From Nitrososphaeria archaeon (GTDB lineage Archaea; Thermoproteota; Nitrososphaeria; Nitrososphaerales; JAAOZN01): DNA of 64,000 nt. This document shows, in pieces, positions 19,231 to 28,613 of this stretch. How positions within the stretch are numbered: position 1 is the first letter of the stretch; every line of letters begins with the position of its first letter. Below the pieces are notes generated by a model that was given only the letters and a program-made list of their open reading frames with translations, was not told the DNA's origin and ran no database searches. The position numbers and the translations under genes are program-made. The DNA is taken from NCBI GenBank assembly GCA_029775855.1, contig JARVJZ010000002.1, positions 224,001-288,000 of the forward strand, in the 5' to 3' direction.

Positions 19231-21516
19231 TTGTTCCAGGCAGCTCAGCAAAGTTTAATCGATCACTACATTAACCTTCCGAAGCAGACATTAAGAGAGT
19301 TTTGGACTACAGCTAAGATTAGGCATATTAGAAGACTTGCAGAAAGCGGTAGGGCTAATAGAGTCTGGACTCCAGAGGATGAACTCTCTAAAAGACCGCT
19401 TGACAGGCTGAGATTTAAGCCCATCAATGAGTCTAACATTAGGTTAGAAGTTGATACCACAACAGATATTGGTGGAGGTATAACTCTTTCAACACCTCTA
19501 TACCTAGGTGACATGTCTTTTGGAAGCTTATCAGGTACAGCCAACATCGCCATAGCTATGGCTGCAGAGTTAACCGAAACTTTGGCTGGTACAGGAGAAG
19601 GAGGGTTACATCCTGAGGTTGCTAAGGTGAGGAGAATAGCGGTTCAATGGGCTTCAGCCAGATTTGGTGTAGATGCTAAGGTGCTTAATAGAGGATTAGC
19701 TGTAGTTATCAAGATAGGTCAAGGCGCTAAGCCTGGCATAGGGGGGCATCTGCCAGCTGCCAAAGTGACTGAACCTATATCTATGACTAGAAGGATTCCA
19801 CTCTATAAAGATGCTATTTCACCAGCACCACACCACGACATATATTCAATAGAAGATTTGGGTCAAAGGATTGAGGCCATAAAAGAGTTAACAGGTAAGC
19901 CAGTCTTCGTCAAAGTAGGTGCAACGAATTATGTACAGTATATAGCTACGGGCATCGCTAGAATGGGTGGAGACGGTATAATCTTAGATGGGGCTGGTGC
20001 TGGAACAGGAGCCGCACCTACTGTAGTACGTGACAACATAGGTATACCAATAGAGATTGCTGTTGCCTCTGTTGATAGAATACTACGCAGAGAAGGGCTT
20101 AGAGAAAACTTTACAGTCATTGCGGGCGGACGCGTAAGTAACCCTGAAGACGCAGCCAAGCTGATGGCGCTTGGAGCTGATTGTGTGAGCGTAGGTACAG
20201 CGGCTCTTATAGCTTTAGGATGCGTTATGTGTCATAAATGCCATTTAGGATACTGCCCAGCTCTTCTCACAAATAAAGCTTTACCAAACCCACCTAGAAT
20301 GTTATCGCTTGATTGGGCTGTACAGAGACTTGTTAACTTTGTAAAGGGGTGGAATGAAGAACTTAAACTTATAGTTGGGACGCTTGGCTTAAGAAGAGTT
20401 AGAGAACTTGTTGGTAGAAGAGATCTCTTAGAAGCTTACAGTATGTGGGAAGAGACAGCTTCCATTCTAGGAGTCAATCTTGTAAGCGGCTGTTCAACAC
20501 CACTTGTTGCTGGAGAAGGAGGCTACTGGTCTGAAAGAAGGAGAACACATCTTACGGCTTTGGCTGAAAATGGTGTACCTGAAATAGGTAGCATGGGTTC
20601 TTGTGGTCCACCTTTTGTTGAGCCTCCAAAGGCTGTATGTGACTACCTTGTTTCGGATGGCGCGCAGGTAACTAGACCAAGCATAGATCCTTACAGAGAG
20701 GAAATAGAGATAGCATCATATCTTAGTGGCATCAGACTCTCTGCGCCTATATTCTTTTCTCATTTTAAGAGCTTACCTAAAGGGCTTGTAGAGCTTTTCG
20801 CAAAAGTAGCTAAGGCGCATGGTTTAATGATGTATACTACGCTTGACGAGTATGATGATCACTTAGCAAAATATGCCGGAAATCTTATGCTTGCTGTAGA
20901 CGATCCTATGAGCATACCAGAAAATGTTGGAGTAGTTGTGATAGATGCATGGCGTGAAAGTAAACCGTTTAGAGAGAATGTTCCAGATAAGCCATTATAT
21001 GTTAGGATTCATTCGTCTGAGCAGAGCCTAACCTCTATACAAGAGCTGGCACGAAGAGGGTTCGATGGGATAATAATTGACACAGATCTAACCTATTCAC
21101 CAGCAACGCTTGATGTAGCTGTTATGACTGCTGAAGCGGATTGGAGTCTTAGGGAAGTATTTTATGGCGGAAGTCCTGTTAGGAACCAACTTAACTTGTT
21201 ATGTGGCGGTAGCGCTATAAGAGGGGCTGATGACATATTCAAGCTACTATGCCTTGGTGCTGATGCGGTTGGATTAAACAGAGCTGCGCTAGTTGCTATT
21301 GGATACGAAGAAGGTAAAGATATGAATTTACATGAAGCGCGTGTAAAGCTCGAAAACTTCATACTTGGACTTAAAGGGGAGATAAGACTTCTGGCTGGAG
21401 CGGCGGGTGTTAGCAGCATATACACTTCGCTTGTAGGGAACCGTGAACTGTTAAGAAGTGTGGATCTAGACCCAGCGATAAGGAGCAGACTTAAGGTGAA
21501 GGCTGCTGGCACTTAA
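19231..21516 (+). CDS. gltB: Glutamate synthase FMN-binding subunit (GltB2) with a second, degenerate FMN-barrel repeat
   Basis: MSFGSLS, GTGEGG, IKIGQGAKPGIGGHLP, ISPAPHHDIYSIEDL and CVMCHKCHLGYCP. The C-terminal half repeats AQVTRPSIDPYRE and ADDIFKLLCLGADAVG. Confidence 0.9.
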   Translation: MFQAAQQSLIDHYINLPKQTLREFWTTAKIRHIRRLAESGRANRVWTPEDELSKRPLDRLRFKPINESNIRLEVDTTTDIGGGITLSTPLYLGDMSFGSLSGTANIAIAMAAELTETLAGTGEGGLHPEVAKVRRIAVQWASARFGVDAKVLNRGLAVVIKIGQGAKPGIGGHLPAAKVTEPISMTRRIPLYKDAISPAPHHDIYSIEDLGQRIEAIKELTGKPVFVKVGATNYVQYIATGIARMGGDGIILDGAGAGTGAAPTVVRDNIGIPIEIAVASVDRILRREGLRENFTVIAGGRVSNPEDAAKLMALGADCVSVGTAALIALGCVMCHKCHLGYCPALLTNKALPNPPRMLSLDWAVQRLVNFVKGWNEELKLIVGTLGLRRVRELVGRRDLLEAYSMWEETASILGVNLVSGCSTPLVAGEGGYWSERRRTHLTALAENGVPEIGSMGSCGPPFVEPPKAVCDYLVSDGAQVTRPSIDPYREEIEIASYLSGIRLSAPIFFSHFKSLPKGLVELFAKVAKAHGLMMYTTLDEYDDHLAKYAGNLMLAVDDPMSIPENVGVVVIDAWRESKPFRENVPDKPLYVRIHSSEQSLTSIQELARRGFDGIIIDTDLTYSPATLDVAVMTAEADWSLREVFYGGSPVRNQLNLLCGGSAIRGADDIFKLLCLGADAVGLNRAALVAIGYEEGKDMNLHEARVKLENFILGLKGEIRLLAGAAGVSSIYTSLVGNRELLRSVDLDPAIRSRLKVKAAGT

Positions 21517-21532
21517 TTGCTATACACCGATA

Positions 21533-22612
21533 GTGAAGGATGGATGCGGCGTTTTCGGCATATTGAGGAAGAAGTCTGCTACTAAGATCAGCAACCTTGC
21601 TCCACTTAAGGCTATTGACTGTGTGAAGTTTAGGGGGAGCAAACTTGGCGCAGGCTTTGCTTCCTTTGATATACCAGGAGGTGGAAGACCGCCTATAAGA
21701 GTTAAGATATTTGTTGATAATGCTGAGACACTATCGTTTGTAAGGCGCATATTTGCTGGACATGTTAAAAGTCTTAGGTTAAATATGTTAGGTGAGAAGG
21801 TACCTGAATTTGATGGTGAGGGATTTAAAGTTTATGAGGTGTTTATTGAAGCATCTCCTTCTACACTACAATCCATAGTAGACCAACTCAATGTAAGGTT
21901 GATGGATGAAAACGGTATAAAAGGAAGATGTTATTCTTATGGTAGATATGTAAATGTTTTCAAAGATGTGGGTTATCCTTTAGATGTAGCAGCAAAATAC
22001 GGCTTAGATTGCGATATGATGAGAAGTGATGCTTGGCTTGCGCATACAAGGCAGCCTACAAACTCGCCTGGCACAACTCCAGTTTGGTCACATCCCTTCT
22101 CAGCGCATGAGGTAGCGGTTGTGCATAACGGGGACATAAGCTCTTATGGTTCTAATCAACAGATGCTCAGATTAGCTGGTTATAGGAGCTTTGTGGGCAC
22201 AGATAGCGAGGTTATAGCGTTTATGCTAGACTATCTAGTTAGAGTAAGGGGTTATACGCTAGAACAGGCTTTGATAATACTGCAGAATCCGTATGAGCGT
22301 GTGTTAAATGCTTCACCGTTAAGAAGTGAAGTCATGAGGTTGATGGCTGAGGCGAGAGGATGTCAGCTTGATGGCCCATTTACTGTGATAGCAGGTTATT
22401 GTGATGGAGAAGACATTTACCTTATGGCGCTTGTTGACAGATCTAAATTTAGACCTATTGTATTTGGCGAAGATCAGAATGCTATATATGTTGCAAGTGA
22501 GGAGTGCCAGATTAGGTGCCTCTCACCCTCGGCAGAGGTTTGGACTCCTGAGCCTGGAGAGATCTTCCTAGCATCGCTTAGCAAAGGTGTGATTTATCGT
22601 GGTAGACCCTAA
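21533..22612 (+). CDS. Glutamate synthase amidotransferase subunit (GltB1, Ntn class II)
   Basis: N-terminal CGVFG, AHTRQPTNS, HPF, VVHNGDI, TDSEV, LDGPF and ASEE motifs. Confidence 0.88.
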   Translation: MKDGCGVFGILRKKSATKISNLAPLKAIDCVKFRGSKLGAGFASFDIPGGGRPPIRVKIFVDNAETLSFVRRIFAGHVKSLRLNMLGEKVPEFDGEGFKVYEVFIEASPSTLQSIVDQLNVRLMDENGIKGRCYSYGRYVNVFKDVGYPLDVAAKYGLDCDMMRSDAWLAHTRQPTNSPGTTPVWSHPFSAHEVAVVHNGDISSYGSNQQMLRLAGYRSFVGTDSEVIAFMLDYLVRVRGYTLEQALIILQNPYERVLNASPLRSEVMRLMAEARGCQLDGPFTVIAGYCDGEDIYLMALVDRSKFRPIVFGEDQNAIYVASEECQIRCLSPSAEVWTPEPGEIFLASLSKGVIYRGRP

Positions 22613-23561
22613 CATCATTCATAAAATTCAAGTAAGCTCATCTGATTCAACATCTGATGCACATATTGTAGATGCATCAAACCTTTCAACTCAAGAGTTA
22701 AATCAAACTATTTTCGAAATGGTTAAGAATGGTATTAAAAGATTGAAAGTTTTAAATGTGAATGGTCAGCGTTATATAGGGTCAAACCTTGCTTGTTTAG
22801 AGTGCAAAGATGTGGAGGTAACTCTTGTAGGGTATGTTGGTAACTGTCTTGCTAATCTTAACAGTGGTGTAAGTTTTATAATTTATGGGAATTGCGGTGA
22901 TGATTTAGCCGATACTATGCAGTCTGGTAAGGTTGTAGTCCATGGTGAGGCAAGAGATGTGGTAGCTCAAGCATTACAAGGTGGGGTGGTGTATGTGAAG
23001 GGTAATGTTGGTAATAGAGCTGGGATACAGATGAGAGAATATCTGCAGAAGAGACCTTACTTGGTGATAGGCGGTTCTGCGGACGACTATTTAGGTGAAT
23101 ATATGGCTGGCGGTGTCATCATTGTACTTGGCTTGGGAAAAGTAGGCAGAGGTAAAGTCGTTGGGAATTATGTTGGCAGCGGCATGGTCGGAGGAAGAAT
23201 TTACATAAGAGGGTTTATAGAAGCATCTAAGATAGGTGTCCAGCCACCTAAAACCGACATAGAAACATACTTAGCATCACTAGTAGAGGAAGGATTGTTA
23301 GATGATGCATTGTATGTCAGCATGAAAGATTTATCATATTATACGCTTAAAGCAAAATTGCCTGATGAGATATTTGAACGTATTAGAAGGTACTATCTTT
23401 CAACACACGTAGAACCGCCTGTCTGTGAATATAGAGAGCTAAACACTTACGAAGCAAAAGAAATTGAACCTGTCCTAGGAGACTATATATTATCCCTTAA
23501 TTTACCTCAAAAACTAGTGCAAGAGGTTCTTAGCTCAAAATTTACGATACTTTCGCATTAA
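22599..23561 (+). CDS. Glutamate synthase GXGXG-domain subunit (GltB3)
   Basis: NVNGQRYIG, GNVGNRAGIQM, LGEYMAGG and GSGMVGGRIYIRG motifs. Confidence 0.88.
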   Translation: MVDPNIIHKIQVSSSDSTSDAHIVDASNLSTQELNQTIFEMVKNGIKRLKVLNVNGQRYIGSNLACLECKDVEVTLVGYVGNCLANLNSGVSFIIYGNCGDDLADTMQSGKVVVHGEARDVVAQALQGGVVYVKGNVGNRAGIQMREYLQKRPYLVIGGSADDYLGEYMAGGVIIVLGLGKVGRGKVVGNYVGSGMVGGRIYIRGFIEASKIGVQPPKTDIETYLASLVEEGLLDDALYVSMKDLSYYTLKAKLPDEIFERIRRYYLSTHVEPPVCEYRELNTYEAKEIEPVLGDYILSLNLPQKLVQEVLSSKFTILSH

Positions 23562-23742
23562 TGAATGACTTTAGAGAACATCATTCTTTGAAGAAGCTAT
23601 AGTAGCTCGATCCAAAGAAATTTAAGAGAAATTGAGACTATCCTTATTGTTAACTAACAAGCTTATTCTTCACCTAAGGGGAGCACTTTTGGTTATGATA
23701 AAGGTTATGTATGACTTTTAAGTAGAATTTGGGTTGTGATAG

Positions 23743-24945
23743 TTGATGAAGGGTAGAGTTGCTGTAGTAGGGTATGGTGAGACTCCTTACGATAGGGCTA
23801 GAGTTGAAAGGGGTCAGCCTAGGTTGACCGCTGAAGAGTATGCTAGTTGGGCTATGGATCTAGCATTAAAAAGCGCGGGGCTTTCGAAATCTGATTTTGA
23901 TGGACAGGGTTTAGGTGTAGCTGGCACAATATATCCTCACGCTGAGATCTGGTCTGCTGAAGTAGCGCAGAACCTCGGCATAACACCTAAGATGATTATA
24001 AGAGCAGACCAAGGGGGCGCCGCGGCTGCAGCCCTGCTTACCCAAGGCGCCTTAGCTATAAACGCTGGCATTGTGGATATGTTTCTATGTATTGTAGCAG
24101 ACGCACCTCTTTCAATACCTACCGCTAGCGCTTCTGGTGCTAGAACCTGGAGATATGAGAATGACTATATGCTTCCCTTTGGTATGATGGGACCTAACAG
24201 CATATTTGCCTTCATAATGAGGAGGCATATGCATCAGTATGGGACAAAGAGGGAGCATACGGGTAAGATAGCTATAACGCAAAGGTATCATGCTTCGATG
24301 AATCCTGTTGCGTATCTTAAGGCGCCTATGACTATGGATGAGTATTTGAGTTCGAGGGTTATCGCTGACCCTATACATCTGCTTGACTGCTGCATTTCCG
24401 TGAACGGTGGCTTAGCATTTATTTTAGCATCAAAAGAGAAGGCGAAGGAGATCACAGATAAACCTGTTTATCTGCTTGGCTTCGGCGAATGCAACAACTA
24501 TACCCACGGCTCAAAGAATAGACCAGACGTGACCTACTTGGGGATAGTAAAGGCAGCGCCAGATGCATACAAAATGGCTGGGATCAAGCCTCAAGACGCC
24601 TCTTTCGTAGAGATCTACGACGATTATACAATAGCGGTGCTTATGCAGCTAGAAGATCTAGGCTTCTGCAAAAAAGGTGAAGGAGGAAAGTTTGTTGAGC
24701 AGACTGACATCTCTATAAACGGGCAGCTACCAGTCAACACACACGGCGGACAACTATCAGCAGGTCAAGCGGGAATAGGTGGTGGATGCTCACATATTGT
24801 AGAGGCGGTTAGACAGTTGAGGGAGGAAGCTGGGCAACGCCAAGTTAAAGACCCAAAAATCGGCATAGTCACCGCTATAGGTGGATTAGCTTACGGGGTT
24901 AACTTGGTGCATAATGTAGTTATGGTCTTCGGTAGGGAGGTGTAA
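23743..24945 (+). CDS. Thiolase-superfamily protein (SCP2/Ltp2-like) lacking the nucleophilic Cys
   Basis: Thiolase fold motifs LLDCC, EIYDDYT, LEDLGFC and VNTHGGQLS; the CxSG position reads QGGAA. Confidence 0.85.
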   Translation: MMKGRVAVVGYGETPYDRARVERGQPRLTAEEYASWAMDLALKSAGLSKSDFDGQGLGVAGTIYPHAEIWSAEVAQNLGITPKMIIRADQGGAAAAALLTQGALAINAGIVDMFLCIVADAPLSIPTASASGARTWRYENDYMLPFGMMGPNSIFAFIMRRHMHQYGTKREHTGKIAITQRYHASMNPVAYLKAPMTMDEYLSSRVIADPIHLLDCCISVNGGLAFILASKEKAKEITDKPVYLLGFGECNNYTHGSKNRPDVTYLGIVKAAPDAYKMAGIKPQDASFVEIYDDYTIAVLMQLEDLGFCKKGEGGKFVEQTDISINGQLPVNTHGGQLSAGQAGIGGGCSHIVEAVRQLREEAGQRQVKDPKIGIVTAIGGLAYGVNLVHNVVMVFGREV

Positions 24946-24951
24946 AGAAGT

Positions 24952-25401
24952 ATGTCAGCATCTTCAGAAACAGCTGAACAGTATTGGTCTTGGACTAAGC
25001 CTGAGATTACTTCACTAAATAAGCCGTTCTGGGATGGGTTAAGAAGGCGTGAACTACTAATACAGAGATGCAAAAAGTGTGGTGAGTATCAATGGTATGC
25101 TAGAGCCAACTGCATCCACTGCGGCTCAAGAGAACTAGAGTGGGTCAAGTCAAGCGGTAAAGGCAAGATCTACTCCTACACCATCATAAACATGGTTGTA
25201 GGAAATTCACCCATCTTCAACAAAGAGCTACCTTATGCAGTGGCTTTAGTCGAGCTGGATGAAGGGCCAAGAATGTATGCGATGATGACTGACTGCTATC
25301 TAAGCGACGTTAAGATAGATGCTCCTGTGGAAGTGGTCTTCAAGGATGTAGCCCCAGATCTAACCATACCTATGTTCAGACCAGTAAAGAGTCAAGAATA
25401 A
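24952..25401 (+). CDS. DUF35 Zn-ribbon/OB-fold acyl-CoA-binding protein (ChsH2-like)
   Basis: PFWDGL, QRCKKCG, CIHCGS, GKGKIYSYT and PYAVALVELDEGPR motifs. Confidence 0.92.
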   Translation: MSASSETAEQYWSWTKPEITSLNKPFWDGLRRRELLIQRCKKCGEYQWYARANCIHCGSRELEWVKSSGKGKIYSYTIINMVVGNSPIFNKELPYAVALVELDEGPRMYAMMTDCYLSDVKIDAPVEVVFKDVAPDLTIPMFRPVKSQE

Positions 25402-25411
25402 GGGGCGCTCC

Positions 25412-25693
25412 TTACCCTCCTGCTATAAGGGGTGCTATAGAGACTTCATCCCCATCGTTTAGAAGATAAGCTAAGTCGTCGGCAGCTTTGCCGTTAATTA
25501 GGAGCATAACGAGTGGTTTAAACTCACCATCTCTATCATAGAATAGATTACGTAGTGAAGCGTTATACTTTAACAGTAAGAAGTCAATTAGATTTTTTAA
25601 TGTAGCGGTGTCTTCTAAAGATATAACCTCAGATTTTTTGCGTGTAGCAGAGGAGGATGAGCCGAAATATCTTACAGTAACGCTCTTCATCAC
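25412..25693 (-). CDS. MoaD/ThiS/SAMP ubiquitin-like sulfur carrier
   Basis: VRYF, LINGK and LNDGDEVSIAPLIAGG with C-terminal GG; divergent from the AOR operon. Confidence 0.9.
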   Translation of the reverse strand: MMKSVTVRYFGSSSSATRKKSEVISLEDTATLKNLIDFLLLKYNASLRNLFYDRDGEFKPLVMLLINGKAADDLAYLLNDGDEVSIAPLIAGG

Positions 25694-25835
25694 ATCATCC
25701 TATGACAATACATGTTAAAGGATGTTTTATCCATTACTGTTCTAATAAGATTTAGTAAACTGCTTCTGTTTGCTTCAGCAAAAGGTAATAATAGGGGTTA
25801 GGTATATATCGTAACAGAGACGGGTGCAAAATTAA

Positions 25836-26324
25836 ATGAAGATTTTAGATGTTTTCCCTGAGAGATGTACAGGATGCCAAGCTTGTATGCTAGCTTGCAG
25901 CTTCGCTACTGTAGGTGCCTTCTCCTTAACAAAAGCGAGGATCAGGGTTGCAAAATTTGAGGAGGATGGTGTAGATGTCCCTATGCCTTGTTTTCACTGT
26001 GAGAAGGCTCCTTGCTTAGCGGTATGTCCGACGAGAGCGCTCTACCGTGATAGGGATACTGATGCGGTGATGCTAGATCAAAACAAGTGTATAGGTTGTA
26101 GGCTTTGTATGATCGCTTGCCCCTTTGGCGCTATACATTATGATGGCGTCAATAAGATTGTGTATAAATGTGACTTGTGTTATGGGGACCCTGCTTGCGT
26201 GAAGTTCTGCGAAACAAAAGCAATAGTTTACGATACGCCAGAAAGGCTTGCCCAGCTAAGGTGGGAGGGCAAAGCGCATGAAGTTGCTGCAGCGGTCAAG
26301 GAGAAGGCTTTAGTAAGGAGGTGA
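25836..26324 (+). CDS. 4x[4Fe-4S] electron-transfer subunit of aldehyde oxidoreductase
   Basis: CTGCQACMLAC, CFHCEKAPCLAVCP, CIGCRLCMIACP and KCDLC motifs. Confidence 0.9.
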   Translation: MKILDVFPERCTGCQACMLACSFATVGAFSLTKARIRVAKFEEDGVDVPMPCFHCEKAPCLAVCPTRALYRDRDTDAVMLDQNKCIGCRLCMIACPFGAIHYDGVNKIVYKCDLCYGDPACVKFCETKAIVYDTPERLAQLRWEGKAHEVAAAVKEKALVRR

Positions 26325-28330
26325 AGAATGTGAATAAATTCAAATATGGCGGTTATGCAGGACAGCAGCTTAGAATAGACTTAACCAAGGGTCAGATAAA
26401 GAAGGTACCTCAATCGGAAGATGAATGTGCTCTTTACCTAGGTGGTAGAGGGTTAGATGCCAAAATCCTTTACAACGAGCTGCCAGTAGATGCAGATCCA
26501 CTCGGTCCGGATAACATACTTTGTTTCTCAGCTGGACCTATCGTTGGGTTGCTTGGTCCTACTACAGGTAGGATGAATGTTGCAGCCAAGTCTCCTCTTA
26601 CTGGGATTTATGGTAACTCGAATGTTGGAGCGTACTTAGGTGCTGAGTTGAAGATGTCTGGTTACGATGATGTTATCTTAAAGGGTAGGGCTGAGAAACC
26701 GTCTTATATTTATGTGCATGATGATGTGGTTGAGATCAGAGATGCTTCACATCTATGGGGGAAGAATGTTATTGAGACAACTAGAATCCTACAAGAGGAT
26801 TTGGGTGAAGAATTTAGAGTGGCAGCTGTAGGGCAAGCAGCTGAGAATGGTGTACTCTTCGCCAACATAATGTTTGATTATTGGGAGGCTGCTGGAAGAA
26901 CTGGTTTAGGCGCTGTTATGGCCTCTAAAAACATCAAAGCTATTGCTGCTAAAGGTACTGGAGAACTTTCTGTGCATGACCCTAAACGGTATCTGGAAGT
27001 AGCTACTGAAGCTTGGAAGGCGGTAGAAGAAGATCCAGGTTTTCAAACAGGTGAACATTCAGCGCTAGGCACTTCGGTTGTGCTTATGTTGGGCAATGTT
27101 CAGGGTTGGCTTCCAGTCAGAAACTTTTTGGAGAACTACTTCGAATACGCTGAGAATATAAGCGCTGAAGAGTTTAGAGATAGGTTCTCTACTAAGAAAA
27201 CCCCAATTCCGGGTGGTAGGGCTTGCATGTCTTGTCCTAATAGGTGTAAGAGGTATGGTGTTATAGAATCTGGTAAGTATATTGGCACTAAAGGTGGTTT
27301 AGAGTTTGAGGCTACTGGCGGATTTGGCTCTAAGTGTGGTGTAGGAGAGCTGGAAGCAGTATTTCACGCAGCTATGCTTGCTAATGACTATGGGATGGAT
27401 GCTATCTCTCTAAGTAGCACGATAGCTTTTCTCATGGAGATGAGAGAAAAGGGGCTGGTATCAAAAGAGGACCTTGATGGTGTGGATCTGCGGTTCGGTA
27501 ACGCTGATGCGATGATAGATGCAATACATAAGATCGGTAAAGTGGAGGGAAATCTTGGTAAGCTTGGCTCTATGGGTGTAGATAGGGCTGCTAAGGCTAT
27601 AGGAAACGGTGCTGAACGATGGGTTACAACCGTTAAAGGGCTTGAGACCATATCAACTGATCCAAGAGTCTCGACAGGCTTCGGTTTTGGATATGCTGTT
27701 GCAAGTAGAGGGTCAGACCACCTTAGAGCACATCCAGTAATAGAGATGGTTACACCTTACAGGAAGGTTGCTGAAGAGCTCTTTGGTTCCCCAGAAGTCT
27801 GCACATTAGCTAAATATGGTGGTCGAGCTAAGATGGTATATTGGCATGAAAATATGGCTGCGATAACTGACTCCATAGGCTCCTGTAGGTTTATGCACGC
27901 ATCTTACTATGCCCTCTACCCTATACCAGAAATGATGGCTAAATACGGTTTAAGACGCGGAAAAGAAGTGCATTCCATAAAATACCACGAGTGGATCTCA
28001 GCAGCAACTGGTATACCACTAACATATGAGGATCTTGTGGCAACAGGAGAACGCATAGTCACATTAGAGAGAGCGTTAAACACAAAATTTGGCATAAGAA
28101 GGCAGCACGACACACTACCAAGACGATTCCTCGAAGAACCCGTAGCTAATGGTCCATACAAGGGCGCTGTATTCAAAAAAGAGGCACTCGAAGCCCTACT
28201 TGACGAATACTATGATCTAAGAGGATGGGACAAAACTACTGGCTTAATAAAAGAAGGAACACTTAAGAGATTACGCATGCTCGATATTTATGAAGATCTT
28301 AAGAAGCTTGGGCTATTAGCAGGAGGCTGA
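26321..28330 (+). CDS. Tungsten-dependent aldehyde:ferredoxin oxidoreductase family enzyme (AOR/WOR)
   Basis: KSPLTG, AAGRTGLGAVMASKNIKA, CMSCPNRC, NDYGMDAIS, DSIGSC, DTLPRRF and YYDLRGWD motifs. Confidence 0.93.
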   Translation: MKNVNKFKYGGYAGQQLRIDLTKGQIKKVPQSEDECALYLGGRGLDAKILYNELPVDADPLGPDNILCFSAGPIVGLLGPTTGRMNVAAKSPLTGIYGNSNVGAYLGAELKMSGYDDVILKGRAEKPSYIYVHDDVVEIRDASHLWGKNVIETTRILQEDLGEEFRVAAVGQAAENGVLFANIMFDYWEAAGRTGLGAVMASKNIKAIAAKGTGELSVHDPKRYLEVATEAWKAVEEDPGFQTGEHSALGTSVVLMLGNVQGWLPVRNFLENYFEYAENISAEEFRDRFSTKKTPIPGGRACMSCPNRCKRYGVIESGKYIGTKGGLEFEATGGFGSKCGVGELEAVFHAAMLANDYGMDAISLSSTIAFLMEMREKGLVSKEDLDGVDLRFGNADAMIDAIHKIGKVEGNLGKLGSMGVDRAAKAIGNGAERWVTTVKGLETISTDPRVSTGFGFGYAVASRGSDHLRAHPVIEMVTPYRKVAEELFGSPEVCTLAKYGGRAKMVYWHENMAAITDSIGSCRFMHASYYALYPIPEMMAKYGLRRGKEVHSIKYHEWISAATGIPLTYEDLVATGERIVTLERALNTKFGIRRQHDTLPRRFLEEPVANGPYKGAVFKKEALEALLDEYYDLRGWDKTTGLIKEGTLKRLRMLDIYEDLKKLGLLAGG

Positions 28331-28335
28331 GTAGA

Positions 28336-28500
28336 ATGCCTATATGCAGAATCTGCAACACGCGCATAGATCTTACACAGAAGGGGGTAAGAGCATACAA
28401 GTGTAGAGTATGCGGTAAGACAGTTTGTCCTCGTCATATTGACGTTGCTAGGATGATGTGCACAGAATGCGTGGCGATGTTAGCGAAGCCAAAAATTTGA
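28336..28500 (+). CDS. 54-aa zinc-finger microprotein
   Basis: Not in the ORF track. MPICRICNTRIDLTQKGVRAYKCRVCGKTVCPRHIDVARMMCTECVAMLAKPKI has CxxC-CxxC-CxxH-CxxC. It starts 5 bp after the AOR stop, with GGAGG upstream. Confidence 0.8.
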   Translation: MPICRICNTRIDLTQKGVRAYKCRVCGKTVCPRHIDVARMMCTECVAMLAKPKI

Positions 28501-28613
28501 GTTCAGCTCATAAGATATACAGAATTTTTGGTTAGCTTCGCTAATTTTTTTAGACTATATTTTTTAAACGCTATGTTAATATTTATTAAGGGGTTTTCAG
28601 TGATTAAAGTTCG

